Source: Spongospora subterranea f. sp. subterranea
Lineage: Eukaryota
Assembly: GCA_049724395.1 (NCBI GenBank)
Contig: JAUGWO010000098.1
Coordinates: forward strand, 1 to 62,717
Length of the DNA stretch: 62,717 nt
Direction: 5' to 3'
Shown here: positions 1 through 11,958 of the stretch, piece by piece
How positions within the stretch are numbered: the first letter of the stretch is position 1
Layout: each line of letters begins with the position of its first letter
Made by a program: the position numbers and the translations under genes
The notes under the pieces: generated by a model
The model's input: only the letters and a program-made list of their open reading frames with translations
What the model was told of the DNA's origin: nothing
Databases searched by the model: none

Positions 1-420
1 TCGGACTCTGGACATTTGGTGTCAGAACCTGCAAAACGCTAAGACAAGAATCGAACCAAGGGAACACTGTCACGAAATTTATTGTGGTCGATAGAAAAAA
101 CTCTCAGGATGCTCTGATTACCAAAGTCATCCCCGCAATCAAGTCAAAGTTTTAAGAACGCACCACCAATTTCATCAAGATAATGCTCGACCGCAGATCA
201 ATCCAGACAACCAGGAGTTTATCAAGACTGCTCAGAAAGATGAATAGACATCCGTTTAATATGTCAGCCGCCGAACAGTCCAGATATGAACGTGTTAGAT
301 CTTGATTCCTTCAATGCTGTACAAACTCTACAATATACTAAAGCCCCACTCAATCTTGACGAACTGATTTCGGCGATAGGTACCGCTTCAAACTCAATCT
401 AACTTTTCTTACATTAGGCT
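1..420 (+). mobile_element. Tc1/mariner-superfamily (plant/oomycete-type mariner) transposase C-terminal remnant
   Basis: Translates to HQDNARP (~175) and, after a stop/frameshift, CQPPNSPDMNVLDLDSFNAVQTLQY (~262-335), the conserved mariner motif around the last catalytic Asp. Confidence 0.8.
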
Positions 421-486
421 CGTGAATAGCGGAAGAAGATAGAACAGGATTCCAATCCCTCAAATGGGGAAGAACAAATTGCAGAA

Positions 487-629
487 TGTGACGACTTGAA
501 TGTAGAGAGTTAGACGTATTAGATAGACAGCAATTAGTCGAATCATGTTTATTGACAATCCTGAGTCATGGATAATAACCACCCTGACGCATGTAGGTTA
601 ATTCAACACCGCCTTGGAGTGATTCAACA
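487..629 (-). repeat. Putative 3' LTR of the adjacent copia element
   Basis: On the minus strand a purine-rich tract (GGGCGGGCGG) is followed by TGTTGAAT, just after the pol stop codon; the start is locally duplicated (601-613 vs 622-634); the far boundary is uncertain. Confidence 0.35.
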
Positions 630-671
630 CCGCCCGCCCGTCGTCAGCCTTCCGATCCGACATCAGCCGCC

Positions 672-1886
672 CTAAGGCACCAACGACGGGTGCACACTGC
701 TCATTCCTGACGCATCCATCATGACATCGATGGCATGTCGTATCGTTGGCATTGTCAACACATCTGCCGGATTTTTCTTCGAGTCGACGCGCTCAAATCG
801 AATGTGCCCAGCTCTAACACATTCCCTGACATAATGCCATCGGACCCGAATATGCTTATTACGATCTGTAATCGCATTTGTCTTTACCATCTGCTCCGCT
901 GTCGTATTGTCTTCCAGCACTATAGATGAATACCTCAACCGGAACCCAATTCCATCCAGAAGCATTCGAATCCACGCAGGTTCTCGCGCCAACTCGCTCG
1001 CAGCGATATACTCGGCATGACATGATGACGTCGCCACCATATCCTGCTGTTTCGAACGCCAGCATACGATTGCACCTCTTATGAGCACAATAAATCCCGT
1101 AATTGATTTGGAAGTATCTGCGTCCATCGCGAAATCGGAATCGACCGCCATCCGCGGTTCGCTCGTCTTCTTGGCGTCATCATTCAGCGCCTCGGGATCA
1201 AATCCGTTAACCGGAAAGTGATTCTTGTTGAACCTGATGCCGATATCAGGACAACCTTCGACATACCGCATCACATATAGCATCATGGTGAAATGTTCCT
1301 GTCCCGGATTGCTCAGATGTCTGGACAGCTGTGACACTGCATGTGTCAGATCCGGACGAGTGCCGACAGACAGGTGTGCTAGGCACCCGACACCTTCCCT
1401 GTACTGATCGTGCCGGTATGGCTCACCACTCTTGCGTCGTGGATAATTCTGACCGGTCGGAATCGGCGTCTTCGGGGCACGGCCCTCTCTACCTCCCATC
1501 GACTCGTCAATTTGTGCCCGAAATCGCTCCACAACCCCTCTATCGTACTGGGCCTGGTCTAGTGTGATGTAGTGACCGCCCTGCTGCACTCTCATTCCTA
1601 AAATCCACCGTTCTGGCCCTAGGTCCTTCATCTTGAAGGCCTTGCCTAACTCCATCTTCACGCGATCGGTTTCATCAGGATTCGTGCCGATCATTACGAA
1701 ATCATCTACAAACACACCGATGACCATGAGGTGATCAGTTCCATGCACCCTCGTGCGTGTTGTGAATAGACAGGGATCCCCAGGCACCGTTGTAAACCCG
1801 ATCTGTTCGAGTACTGACACCAGCTTTTCGTACCACAGTCCTGGTGCCTCCACCAAGCCGTACAATGCCTTTTTCAACCGCCACAC
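672..1886 (-). mobile_element. Ty1/copia pol fragment (RVT_2 reverse transcriptase + RNase H)
   Basis: ORF motifs RLKKALYGL, VFVDD, FKMKDLG, TRPDL, DSDFA, WRSKQQ, SSCHAEY, EDN, KHIRVRWHYVRE, NPADVLT. Confidence 0.95.
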
Positions 1887-1919
1887 CTTTTTGGAACGAT
1901 CGTCACTTGCGAAATTTTA

Positions 1920-2104
1920 CTGATGTTCGCAGTACATCAATAAGATCGGGTTTACAACGATGCCTGGGGATCCCTGTCTATTCACAACACGCACGAAGGT
2001 GCATGGAACTGATCACCTCATGGTCATCGGTGTGTTTGTAGATGGTTTCGTAATGATCGGCACGAATCCTGATGAGATCGATCGCGTGAAGAAGGAGTTA
2101 GGCA
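1920..2104 (+). repeat. Inverted (fold-back) copy of copia RT segment 1643-1823
   Basis: Reverse complement matches 1643-1823 with a few substitutions; both encode PGDPCLFTTRT.VHGTDHLMVIGVFVD. Confidence 0.9.
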
Positions 2105-2430
2105 TGCCGCATTTGAAGCATTTTCCCTTGAACCTGGGACCACCTCCCGTCGTGGTCATTGCCGTCTTGGGCGACTCCTTGTCTTCTTGCTCTTCCATTA
2201 GCGTCCGTCGTCTAATACGCGCCACCACCCTCCTCTTGACCTCTGAGCGTGTGAACTCTGTGCTCGCCAGATTTAGAAATTGTCTCTTGATATCTTCCAG
2301 CTCATCTGGGAGACCCAACGTGATCCTTAATGCCAAGTCGTGTGCGCTCACTCGATAGTTGTCGTCCACATGCGAGATATCTGCAGCCGTTTCCGCATAT
2401 TCGCCAAGTACTCCCATGCAGGTTCCGCAA
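2105..2430 (-). mobile_element. Copia gag fragment with truncated zinc knuckle
   Basis: LALRITLGLPDELEDIK...FKGKCFKCG (UBN2-like gag region followed by the start of a CCHC knuckle), cut by the inversion. Confidence 0.7.
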
Positions 2431-2994
2431 GCGTTGGTTGACGCAGGAACCTAAGCGCTGTTTATTTAGATCAAACAAGATTCCCCATTTCAAAAATCTT
2501 GTACGCAAGATAGTGATATCGGGTCGGACAGTTTCAGTAGAAACTCTTTAAGCAGGATGGGGACATCTTCTTTGATTGACGTTATAGGCTCCCAGGTTGT
2601 ATCCTGCTCTTCAAATCCGGCCCACTGTACTTGGACTTCAACATCGCCCGAAACGAGGTTTTGTCGGATGTCGCTCAGGCTCTTCACGAAATGTCCATGC
2701 CCATCATGGGCAATTTGTTCATAGATGGCCTGCGTTATGTTTAGGTGTGAGTCATCATATATTTTTAGACGATAAGCATGCACATCTGTAATATGGGATG
2801 AAATAAGATCTTTCACCTGATAAACATATTCATTGATGGTGCCAACAATCTGTCCTGGACCGTGCCAAGTGCCAGAGAGTTTATGGCGTTTTGTGCGATT
2901 CAAATTGGCCGCGACTAAGACGTAATCTCCTATTTCGAAGTTTATGGGGACGACGTTTCGCTGCTTAGCCCGAGATGTGTGCGACTGACCACGT

Positions 2995-3112
2995 TGATGC
3001 GCCTTAGCGCTCTTCTCATACCTGTCCGTAATACCTGTCCGTACGCATTCCGTACGTCAGAGCTCTCGCTTTTTGACTGAACGTTCTAGTTCTACGCCCT
3101 TGGGCTGCAACA
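2995..3112 (+). repeat. 5' LTR (118 bp)
   Basis: TGATGCGCC...GGGCTGCAACA; near-identical to 8052-8179. Confidence 0.95.
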
Positions 3113-3295
3113 GTGATCACTGCGCTTCCTCCTTAGGGCGTCAAAGTTTATGCAATTGAGGTCAGGGAAAACCAGCAACAATCCCATGACACCTTCTTCT
3201 ATACCGACCAACCGAAGTTCTGATGCCAAACCAACCATAACCCTTCTTCTGTACCGACGAACCAAATTTCTGATGCCAAACCAAAAATCTCTTAT

Positions 3296-4576
3296 TTGAA
3301 TCCCTCTGCCTCACTCCAAGCTGTTTTCACAAGTTTTATGCAACAACAGCAACAAACCAACCAAGTGATGAGCCAGCTGCTACTGCAACTTTGTAAAGAG
3401 TCAAAGACTGACGAGCCCGCTGTCTCTGCTCAAGCTCCTGCCACGAAAACTTATCCCATTTCCTCGTCTGAACTACCAAAGTTCAGTGAGATTATTTCTA
3501 CTGATGATGCCTTTCGCTACCTGGGCACAGCGGATATCAGAAGCCTATCGGATGACGATCGTCTGATTGTCCGATCCTTCAAATTTTTTTCCTTTAGGGC
3601 GCGCTTCACCAAGCTAACCCGATTACTTGGAGATGATGCCAGACTGCAACATCTTTACTGTTGTCTAGTTGGGCAAGCCCAGGAACGAGCCGTGCTAATG
3701 GATGCTTCGACAAGCGAAGAACTTTTCGGGTCCCTAGCGGAGCGGTATGCCTCGGCAGCAGATCCCGGCGCTCTCGAGGATACCATTCGCCACAAGCTAG
3801 AGTGCTCCGTACCTTTCCCCACTGAATCTATCGCAGAATATGTTTCCAGGTTCGACCAGTACTACCGCTTTGCTAAAGAGGTATCACCAAATTTTTCCAT
3901 CTCGGAACCGACATGTTGCCGCTTATTCCTACATTCCCTGCGTTCCCGCACCGCCCTTTTCAGTGCAATGGTCTACGCATCTGGTCGAAAGGTTAGTCGA
4001 CTCGAGGATATTTTCAGTCTAGCCCGAGACTGCGAAAGCAACCTTAGTATGATCCAAGCGGCGGAAACTTTTGCCTCACACCCACCACAGAGACGAGATT
4101 CGCGACCAAACTTCGGTTCTGCTAATCGCCCTGAATCCTTTTCCACCAACCGTAATCACCATAATCCTCCAGAGTCCAACCGCCCTGAAAACTTTGTAAA
4201 CAACCGTTTTTCTCAGCATCGAACGCAAACACCTGCCGAAGACTCCAGCAGAACTCATTCTCGTTTTCCACAACGCCACACATCAGAGAAACCGTTTATC
4301 AAGCGAGTCTCTACGGCTAGCCCTCCCCTTTCTACGGTTTACGAATATTCGGAAGATCGGCCCATCTCGACGCCAGGTGTCTCCCGCGTGACGTTCGAAA
4401 CAGTTTCCCCCTTCCCTACTCTTACTTCTCCACCTGAAATTGAAATTTCGCATGTTCAATCTGAAAACGTGACCGAAATTTCCTCTCAACGTACTTTAAG
4501 AACGGCCGTTCTGTCGGTAGGCTCAGCAAAAGCCGTCGTTCCCATAACAATAGATGATGGTGCGGATTTTCCGTAA
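3296..4576 (+). CDS. Gag (plus start of protease) of the nested gypsy
   Basis: 426-aa ORF with gag-like ESIAEYVSRF; ends at protease motif ITIDDGADF. Confidence 0.85.
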   Translation: MNPSASLQAVFTSFMQQQQQTNQVMSQLLLQLCKESKTDEPAVSAQAPATKTYPISSSELPKFSEIISTDDAFRYLGTADIRSLSDDDRLIVRSFKFFSFRARFTKLTRLLGDDARLQHLYCCLVGQAQERAVLMDASTSEELFGSLAERYASAADPGALEDTIRHKLECSVPFPTESIAEYVSRFDQYYRFAKEVSPNFSISEPTCCRLFLHSLRSRTALFSAMVYASGRKVSRLEDIFSLARDCESNLSMIQAAETFASHPPQRRDSRPNFGSANRPESFSTNRNHHNPPESNRPENFVNNRFSQHRTQTPAEDSSRTHSRFPQRHTSEKPFIKRVSTASPPLSTVYEYSEDRPISTPGVSRVTFETVSPFPTLTSPPEIEISHVQSENVTEISSQRTLRTAVLSVGSAKAVVPITIDDGADFP

Positions 4577-7500
4577 TGAGTAAAGAGTTTTATATCAACT
4601 TCCCCAATTTGGCTATTCCCATAGAGCCAATCACTTTTCGAATGGCGAACGATCAGGAGGCCACCTGCTCCCGCTATGTACTTTTCGATGTTTCTCTGGA
4701 AACGGAGGCCGGAAACGTTACCCTCAGGCGCCACCAGATCTATGTTGCTGACATTCCTATGTCGGAAGTTCTGCTTGGAAGACCTTTTTTGCGACGCTTG
4801 GGCATTGATGTCGACGCGCTGATTTGTCTGATGGCAACCCATTCTGTGGATGAGAAACCTCCGGATCAGGAATATTTCGTTGACCATGTTTCCGAGGAGG
4901 CACCATCTCCAGGAAAAAACTCCCTGGGTGATATAAGAGCTACACTGGAGGAACGGTTAAATGACTGCTCGGCTCTCGATCCTCCGCCGTGGTTTCTGTC
5001 TGAGCTTCGCATGATACTCTCTGAATTCGTTGATGTTTTCCGAATTTCGCTTTGTTCTGACCCCCCTGTCAATGTTACGCCTCTGCTATTGAAGCAACTC
5101 CCTGATGCTGCCCCGTTATTGGCAAACGCAAGGATTCTGTCTCCGGTTGCTCGCTCCTATATGCGATCGTGGATTACTGAATTAGAGAAGTGCGGATTAA
5201 TTTTTGCAAATCATAATCCGTCATGGGCACTACCTGCGTTCGTTGTTGATCCTTTCAAGAAGCCTCGCATGGTTATTGATATGGTTCCCGCGAACAAATC
5301 AATGGTAAAATTCTATTTTCCTATGCCTCACTTACAGTCTTTCGGATGTCACTTACGCAACTCTTCTGTTTATTTCACGTTGGATTGTTTCAAAGGATAC
5401 TGGCAGTTTCCTGTTGAAGGTGATCTAGACTGTCAAAGTTTTGTAACCCCGTTTGGAGTATACACTCCAACCAGAGTCTGTCAAGGAAATTGCAATGGTG
5501 TTTTTGCCTTCCAAAGAGGAATGCATGAAATTTTCGGTGATTTAGTTCCTAGCCAACTGTTAATTTGGCTGGATGATGTCTTGGGATTCTCTTCTGACTG
5601 TTCCCAATTACTGTCGCTCCTACGCAATGTTTTCTTTTTACATGTCGCAAATTCTGTTTGAAGTTGAGCGCATCCAAGTGTCGTTTTTTCATGCGCGAAG
5701 CCCTCTGGTGTGGACAAATATATTCGGAAAAAGGAATTTCCCCAGATCCTCGTCGGATCCAAGCGCTGTCAAGTTTTAGTCTCCCTCAAACAGCTGGAGA
5801 TTTGATGCAATTTGTGTGTGCTGTTACTTGGCTCTCTTCATCGATTCCCGACTTTTCGCGCAAGGTTAACCCGCTACGTCACCTGTTGGAGAGTGCCCTG
5901 TCGTTGGCCCCTGTTCGCACCAAGAAATTCGCGTCCAGGATTCTACTTTCTGATCTGGATTTTGGCGAGCTTTGGCATCGAGCGGCTTTCAACTCCATTA
6001 TTGATGCGATCAAACATGCGGTCACGCTGTCATATCCGTCGGATGACCTTGTCCCATGTCTCTTTACTGATGCTAGCAAAGATTTTTGGATGGTTGTCAT
6101 TACGCAAGTCCCTGAAGACGACTTTCATTTACCTTTCAAAGAGCAACATCACCAGCCGCTAGCCTTTTGTAGTGGTGCTTTCAAAAGGTCGTCTGCCAAC
6201 TGGTCGGTCCCTGAAAAAGAAGCTTTTCCAATTCAGTATGCCGTCCGGCGATTTGATTACTTACTCTGTACCGGAAAACATGCCTTCCGAATTTTTACAG
6301 ACCACCGAAATCTGGTTTTTCTCTATAGCCCTGCGAGTGTAAAAGTTTTCCTTAATAGACACTCGCTGGATAAAGTTCACAGATGGCGCTTAAATTTGGA
6401 CGGCAAATCCTATATTATTGAATCTATTTCTGGCGAGGACAATGTCTGGGCTGACCTTGGTACTCGCTGGGCTGCCCCGCCCTCTATTTCACGACTGGCT
6501 CTGCCTTCAATCCTGCGTTCCACATCCAATGTCGTATCGCCCGGGATCGTCCAACCACTACAACGTCCGGATTTCGATTGGCCTTCGCTCTCGGAGGTTG
6601 CGTTATCTCAATCTGAATATTTTTCCAATGCTGAGCTGGATCCGCTGCTTAATTATGTCGATGGCTTATATTTCACCAAGCTGGATCGTATTTTCATACC
6701 TCCTACGGCGCCACAGCTCAAATTGAGGATTTTGATTGTTGCTCACTGTGTGTCTTTCGGGTCATTGTGGAGTCCAAGCAACAGTGCAAAACATTCGCTC
6801 ACGCTTTTCCTGGCAAGGCTTATTTAATGATGCTGCTGCATTCTGCCAACAATGCCTACACTGCACAGTCAATCGAGGTGGTAAAGTGGTTCCTCGACCT
6901 CTAGGCACTGCTATTCATGCCACCGGTCGAAACTTGGTACTGCACTTTGACTATTTGTATATTAACCTGTCCCGACAAAAACAGTTCAAATACCTTTTTG
7001 TCATCCGCGACGACCTGTCGTCCTTCACCGAACTGTTTCCCTGCTTAAATCCAACTGCCGCTTTTGCAGCCGAATGTCTACTTGACTGGATCTGCCGGTA
7101 TGGAATATTTTCCACCTTTGTCTCGGATCGAGGATCCCATTTCTTAAACTCACTGATTGAAAATCTTTGTTTAAAGCTACATATCCGCCATCATTTTACT
7201 CAGGCATACTGCCCATGGTCCAATGGTACGATTGAAGTTGTCAATCGTCGCATCCTTCATGTCTTACGATCGCTCATCTCCGAGCTCCGCCTTGACTCAA
7301 GAGATTGGCCAATTCTTATTCCCCTAGTTCGCTTTGCGCTCAACCACACTACGCCTCCCGATCGGCCGGCTGCTGTCACACTCTTTTGTGGCCTACCGCC
7401 CTCCTCACCATTGGATTCTATATGGAACCCGAAATCCCAATCCATAGTATCTGTCCCTCTAAATTCGGATCAACTCTTTGCTTTAGTGGAGGACCTTCGC

Positions 7501-8051
7501 CAAGCCCTGCAAAAGTGGCATAAACATGTTGGGGAGACACGTGACCGACGGCGTCTAGCCGAAAATTCTAGGCGAATTAGGGTTAAGCACCCAAACTTTT
7601 CTGTGGGAGATTTTGTCTTAGTATCAAATACTTTAAATGCTTAAAAAAATAAGTTGAAGGTTCTCTGGACCGGGCCCTTTCGTATAACAGCGGTAAATTC
7701 GGACTACGTTTTTACTGTTGAGGATATACATACGAAAAAATCCTCAATCTGTCATTCCTCTCGACTTAGGTTCTATGGTGACTCGACACTGAACATTACA
7801 GAAGTTGTGTGCAAGCAATTCTCGCATGATGGCGCGGGATTTGAGATCAAAGATGTCCTGGATGTTCGCTATGATCCTAATACTTGTATTTGGGAAGCTT
7901 ATATTTCATGGCTCGGTTTTGAAGAGATTGAAAATTCGTAGGAGCCGCTAACAAAACTTCTCGAGGACTGCCCGATTTTTATTAAGCGACGGCTCAAAGC
8001 TCTGAAGTCATGCCCGCCCGAGCTGAAAGACTTCTTAGTTCGAGGTGGCGA
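4576..8051 (+). pseudogene. Pol (PR-RT-RNH-INT-chromodomain) of the nested gypsy, interrupted
   Basis: Consecutive ORFs 4576-5661, 5658-6827, 6736-7644, 7654-7941; frameshifts near 4570, 5635 and 6750; in-frame stops at 7642 and 7939 (ENS*EP for ENSWEP). Confidence 0.9.
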
Positions 8052-8179
8052 TGATGCGCCTTAGCGCTCTTCTCATACCTGTCCGTAATATCTGTCCGTT
8101 TGCATTCCGTACGTATTATGAATACAGAGCTCTCGCTTTTTGACTGAACGTTCTAGTTCTACGCCCTTGGGCTGCAACA
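8052..8179 (+). repeat. 3' LTR (128 bp)
   Basis: Preceded by purine-rich GAGGTGGCGA; differs from the 5' LTR by 3 substitutions and a 10-bp indel (ATTATGAATA). Confidence 0.95.
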
Positions 8180-11100
8180 CACGTTGACGAGTCAATTTAC
8201 TGACGACTTGACGGTGGATGATATCGCACGATGCCGCTAGATCAGTTGTGATATCATGAACTGCTTGCGATGTCAATGGCATATCCACGATCTGGTTAAG
8301 AGGTTCGATAAAGATAGTGGAGTCCGGTCACTATAAAGTCATTGGAGCGAAACCAATATGAGTTCGTCCACGATGATTTAGAGCCACGTTGATTAATGGG
8401 AAGTACATAGGGCCAAGCATGACATGACAACCGGAATTCAGATATGAGCGCGCGAAGAACATGAAGTACAAGCTTTGTTGACGACTTCAACGGTTTCGTT
8501 CGCCCTATGAGAATATGCAGTAGTACAATTGATGGTTGATATGAGGGCGAGAACATAGTTCTGCTACCATTTGGTTCTTGAAATGGGAACCCTGGTCAGA
8601 TGCATGTGCGAACACGATGCCAAACCTCTCAAAACCAGTCAACAATGAGACCATTGACTGCTCCACAAGTGGTCGGCAAATTCGCACAGAATTGACTCTA
8701 TGAACTGACTCAGGTCGTCTTTGATAACGAGAACATAAAGCAAAATTGTGTGGTGATTTCCTGGGTGATTTTTCGATGAACAAAAAATCATAATGAATTA
8801 CTTGATTGGGTCTCGTCGCATGGATCGCATGCTCAGAAGGACGTGGGATCACATTCCCTCGTAGGCGAACGCAGTGAAGGCATTTTTCGACAATGCCTAA
8901 AATATACTGTGTCATTCCCGTTCCACCAGGAAATAGAATTATTAGACCGGAGTGTTCTCTCCTTCGATTGATGACCGGCAAGGCCACTTTGGGGGATGAC
9001 GACGATGCCCAAAGCGAGGTTACAGCCCGGCTGAATTGGGATCCAAATTCGATCATTAGCAATGGACTTCCATAGACCCTCAGTTTCATTGAATTTTTGA
9101 TTTCATGTTCGTCAGGAATAATAGATGACTCCTTATTGATGGGCTGTTCAGCAAGATTTGAGACCTGAGCTGCTACAATTTTTTTTCCAGGGATGGCCAG
9201 ACAAAATTAGCAGGATGTGATTGAATTAGAACAGGTGCTGTGCAATGATTTCATCTGGGCACTGATTGGACACGGTGCTCCCCATCGAGTGAAAAGGTTG
9301 GCACAGACGTTTTGATCTCCTTCAATATGTTCAATGATGTAAGGTATGTTGGCAATCTGCAACTCCCATCGTTCAAGTCGATCAGCTGTATGTCGAGTAA
9401 GATTGGCGCTGCGATTTGTTGCGTTGAATAAATACATCAAATTTCGGTGATCGGTAAAAACTCGGATAGGCGTTGATCGAATAAGGACATGTCGAAGACG
9501 AAGATATTCCTTCAAATATAGGATAACCTTCCTGTTTTCTATATTGGCCAAGCGGAGGCTATTTGCTCGGAAGGTGCCAGAAATACAGGTCTAAAGCTCA
9601 TGTCGTTGTTCCACTACTGGTAGATGGCAGTTGGCTGGTGGGATTTGAGTAAGTACTGCTGACCAACATTCCTGAGATGCATCTGGGAACAGACAAGCTA
9701 GCCAATCGTCTTTCGGGTGTGCAAGACGCATCAAATTTGAAATCCGATCCCTAATGTTATGACAACCTCTCAACATGAGTCGTTCCCCATCCAATATCGC
9801 TCAGAAGAACTCGTCGTAGTGCTGATTTCTTGCAGCTTTTGGCAACACGGGTTGCGGCTGATAACAGCTCCTGAAGTGGATGGATAAGTTGATCGAAGTT
9901 TGGAACGTTTCGGCGGATCCAGTTCAAAGCGCATATGAATTGTTGAATTTCATCAGCTCGCTTTGGTGGTGTCATTTGAACAGGACCCTGAATGAAACAG
10001 TCATCGTAAGTGACTCCTTGTGGTGTTATACTGTGTCCTGTCCACTTCGCGACATTCGTATACAGGTTGCACTGATCTGGATTACATTTGATTCCAGCCG
10101 TCGCCATTGCTTGGAGGAGTTTTTTCAGCACCTTCATATGGTCCAAGGCAGAATCTTTCGTGGCATAACCCAGACCATCATCGAGCCATAACAGAGCGCA
10201 GACGTATAGTGATTTCTGCAAAACCTCTTGCATCCCGGCTTGGAATGTCGCCACTGAGTCCACGATCCCCTGGATCAGTCGTCGTGGTGTAAAAAACACC
10301 TTCATGTGTCATGAATGAACACATCTCTTGCGAGTCGCGGTGGAGTGGAATTTGTCAATATCCTTTGAAACAGTCTAAAAGAATATTTGACGTCGCGTTG
10401 CGAAGATATCCGAGGACAATGTCGATATGCGGCATCGGCCATACGATGGGTTCGATTGACTTGTTAATTTCTACAGTATCGACTGTCATACGATATCCTC
10501 TATTACCTGGTTTGGGTATAACTAATGCGGCTGATGCATCTCGACTGATTTCTGAGGATTTCTGTTCATGCAAAGAAGGTTGATAGGGTATTGGATAGCG
10601 TCGTAATCAAGGGCTTTGGGTCAGACTTTTCGGTGTAGATGCTTGTGGCGTGACTTTGGCTGGAGGATCATTCCCCAAGGCTGGTTCGCCAAACATCAAA
10701 ACTGGGCACTAACTCGAGTAGGTCTGGCTTCGTCGTGAAAACGGAATTCCACTTGAAATGGCCCTGTTTACCACATCGTCGATTGCCTTTTTCGTGTTGA
10801 CATCGTCATCGTTCCCGATTGGAATATCGTGATCGAATCCAGGTTCTGGGTAGTCCTGTTCTGAGACCGAGAGGCGTTTAGATTGAGGTACCTCTTGATG
10901 ATTCATTGACGCCATTTCCGAGAGTGGCATTGGGATTGTCGTTTCGGGCTTACCAATGAGGACTGTTTCCATATCTTCATGTGTGACATTGCAAGATACA
11001 GATCGGAATCTGGCTGTTCCTGCTCTAGTAAATAGAGTTAGGTTTAGGTGGGCCACTTGTCGAATCGTAGCAAATTCTCGGTTGTCGCCAAATTGCATTT

Positions 11101-11823
11101 TAACGCTGGACTTAGTGACTCAATTAACACCGGTCCTTTATCAGTGATTTCATGTAGCATCCTTCGTGAAATGGTTGTTTCTATATGAGCCATCGTCCAG
11201 TTCGAACGGTAGATTTACCCGATTATCTAACAGGACCCGATTACTGTCGCTGTAATCTGACGTAGCTATCAGGCGTTTGGTTTGCGCCGGGCCGTTGTTC
11301 AATTTTTCGAACGCAGCTTTGCGTTTGGCAGGAGTGCATATGGTACAGATTTGTAGCCAATGGTCCCCTCCACAGAACAGGCACCCTCCATCAGGTGGTT
11401 TCCAGTTTCCATAATCGTTCCTTGGTACAGCGGCTTGATGCCCGTACTAATGTTGGAATTGTTTGTCGCCGGTGCTGATGGCTGCTGTATAGGGCGCTGT
11501 TGGTTAGAACTCTTTGCATTGCCATGGGACGGCTTTCGTTGTTCAGTTTATCTGCTGGTGTAATCAGCAGTATCTTTATGCCGAGGCTTCTCAGTGAGCA
11601 GATGTACCTCGTGCTGTTTTTCGAAAAATTTTGCCTCATCGGCTTCTGCTTTATGCTCATCTCCGAACTTGATGTGTTCGATCATGTCGTGTAGAGTCGC
11701 CGGTCGCACTCCGGCTCGCAGGTATTTGATCCTTCGCTTATCCCTTTTTGTACTTTCCGGGAAGAATAAGAATAATTCCTGATAGCCAATTACTTGTTCG
11801 GAGGGCCTGGTCTTATCTGGCCT

Positions 11824-11958
11824 CAATCTTCGTTTGACGCATTCACAGAGGCTCTCGACTCACAGCAGGAGGTCGTGGTAGCGCCAACGGCGGCAGCACT
11901 ATTCCACTTTGAAGCACAAGTCGAGCATGGAGCACGTGATACAAGGGCGGCGATTGCC
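11824..11958 (+). repeat. Dispersed repeat, paralogous to 16410-16548
   Basis: Shared GACTCACAGCAGGA...GGTAGCGCCAACGGCGGCAGCACT...CACAAGTCGAGCATGGAGCACGTGA.ACAAGGGCG; both encode DSQQ..VAPTAAAL..FEAQVEHGAR.TRA. Confidence 0.85.

Larger units (their letters stand above)
2995..8179 (+). mobile_element. Full-length Ty3/gypsy chromovirus with two LTRs and 5-bp TSD CACGT
   Basis: LTRs 2995-3112 and 8052-8179 (TG...CA), CACGT at 2990-2994 and 8180-8184, gag 3296-4576, protease DDG, RT (LDCFKGYWQ, IWLDD), RNase H (FTDAS, TDHRNL), integrase (HHCC, HFDY, SDRGSHF, GTIEVVN), GPF and chromodomain. Confidence 0.97.
2470..11826 (-). mobile_element. Older degenerate Ty3/gypsy chromovirus (host), interrupted by a nested element at 2995-8179
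   Basis: gag knuckle CLFCGGDHWLQIC (~11345-11385), protease LDDGS (~11190), RT LDCFKGY and LWLDD (9757-10573), RNase H DAS/FTDHRNL (9207-9794), integrase HYDFL/SDQGSHF (8296-9089), GPG motif and chromodomain QWAGFEEQDTTWEP (2490-2903); many frameshifts and stops. Confidence 0.92.

Noticed and set aside
4560..4580. Programmed -1 frameshift or TAATG stop-restart between gag and pol
   Set aside because: The break falls inside the protease, and one added T restores DDGADFSVMSK; with other homopolymer indels in the window, mutation or error is simpler
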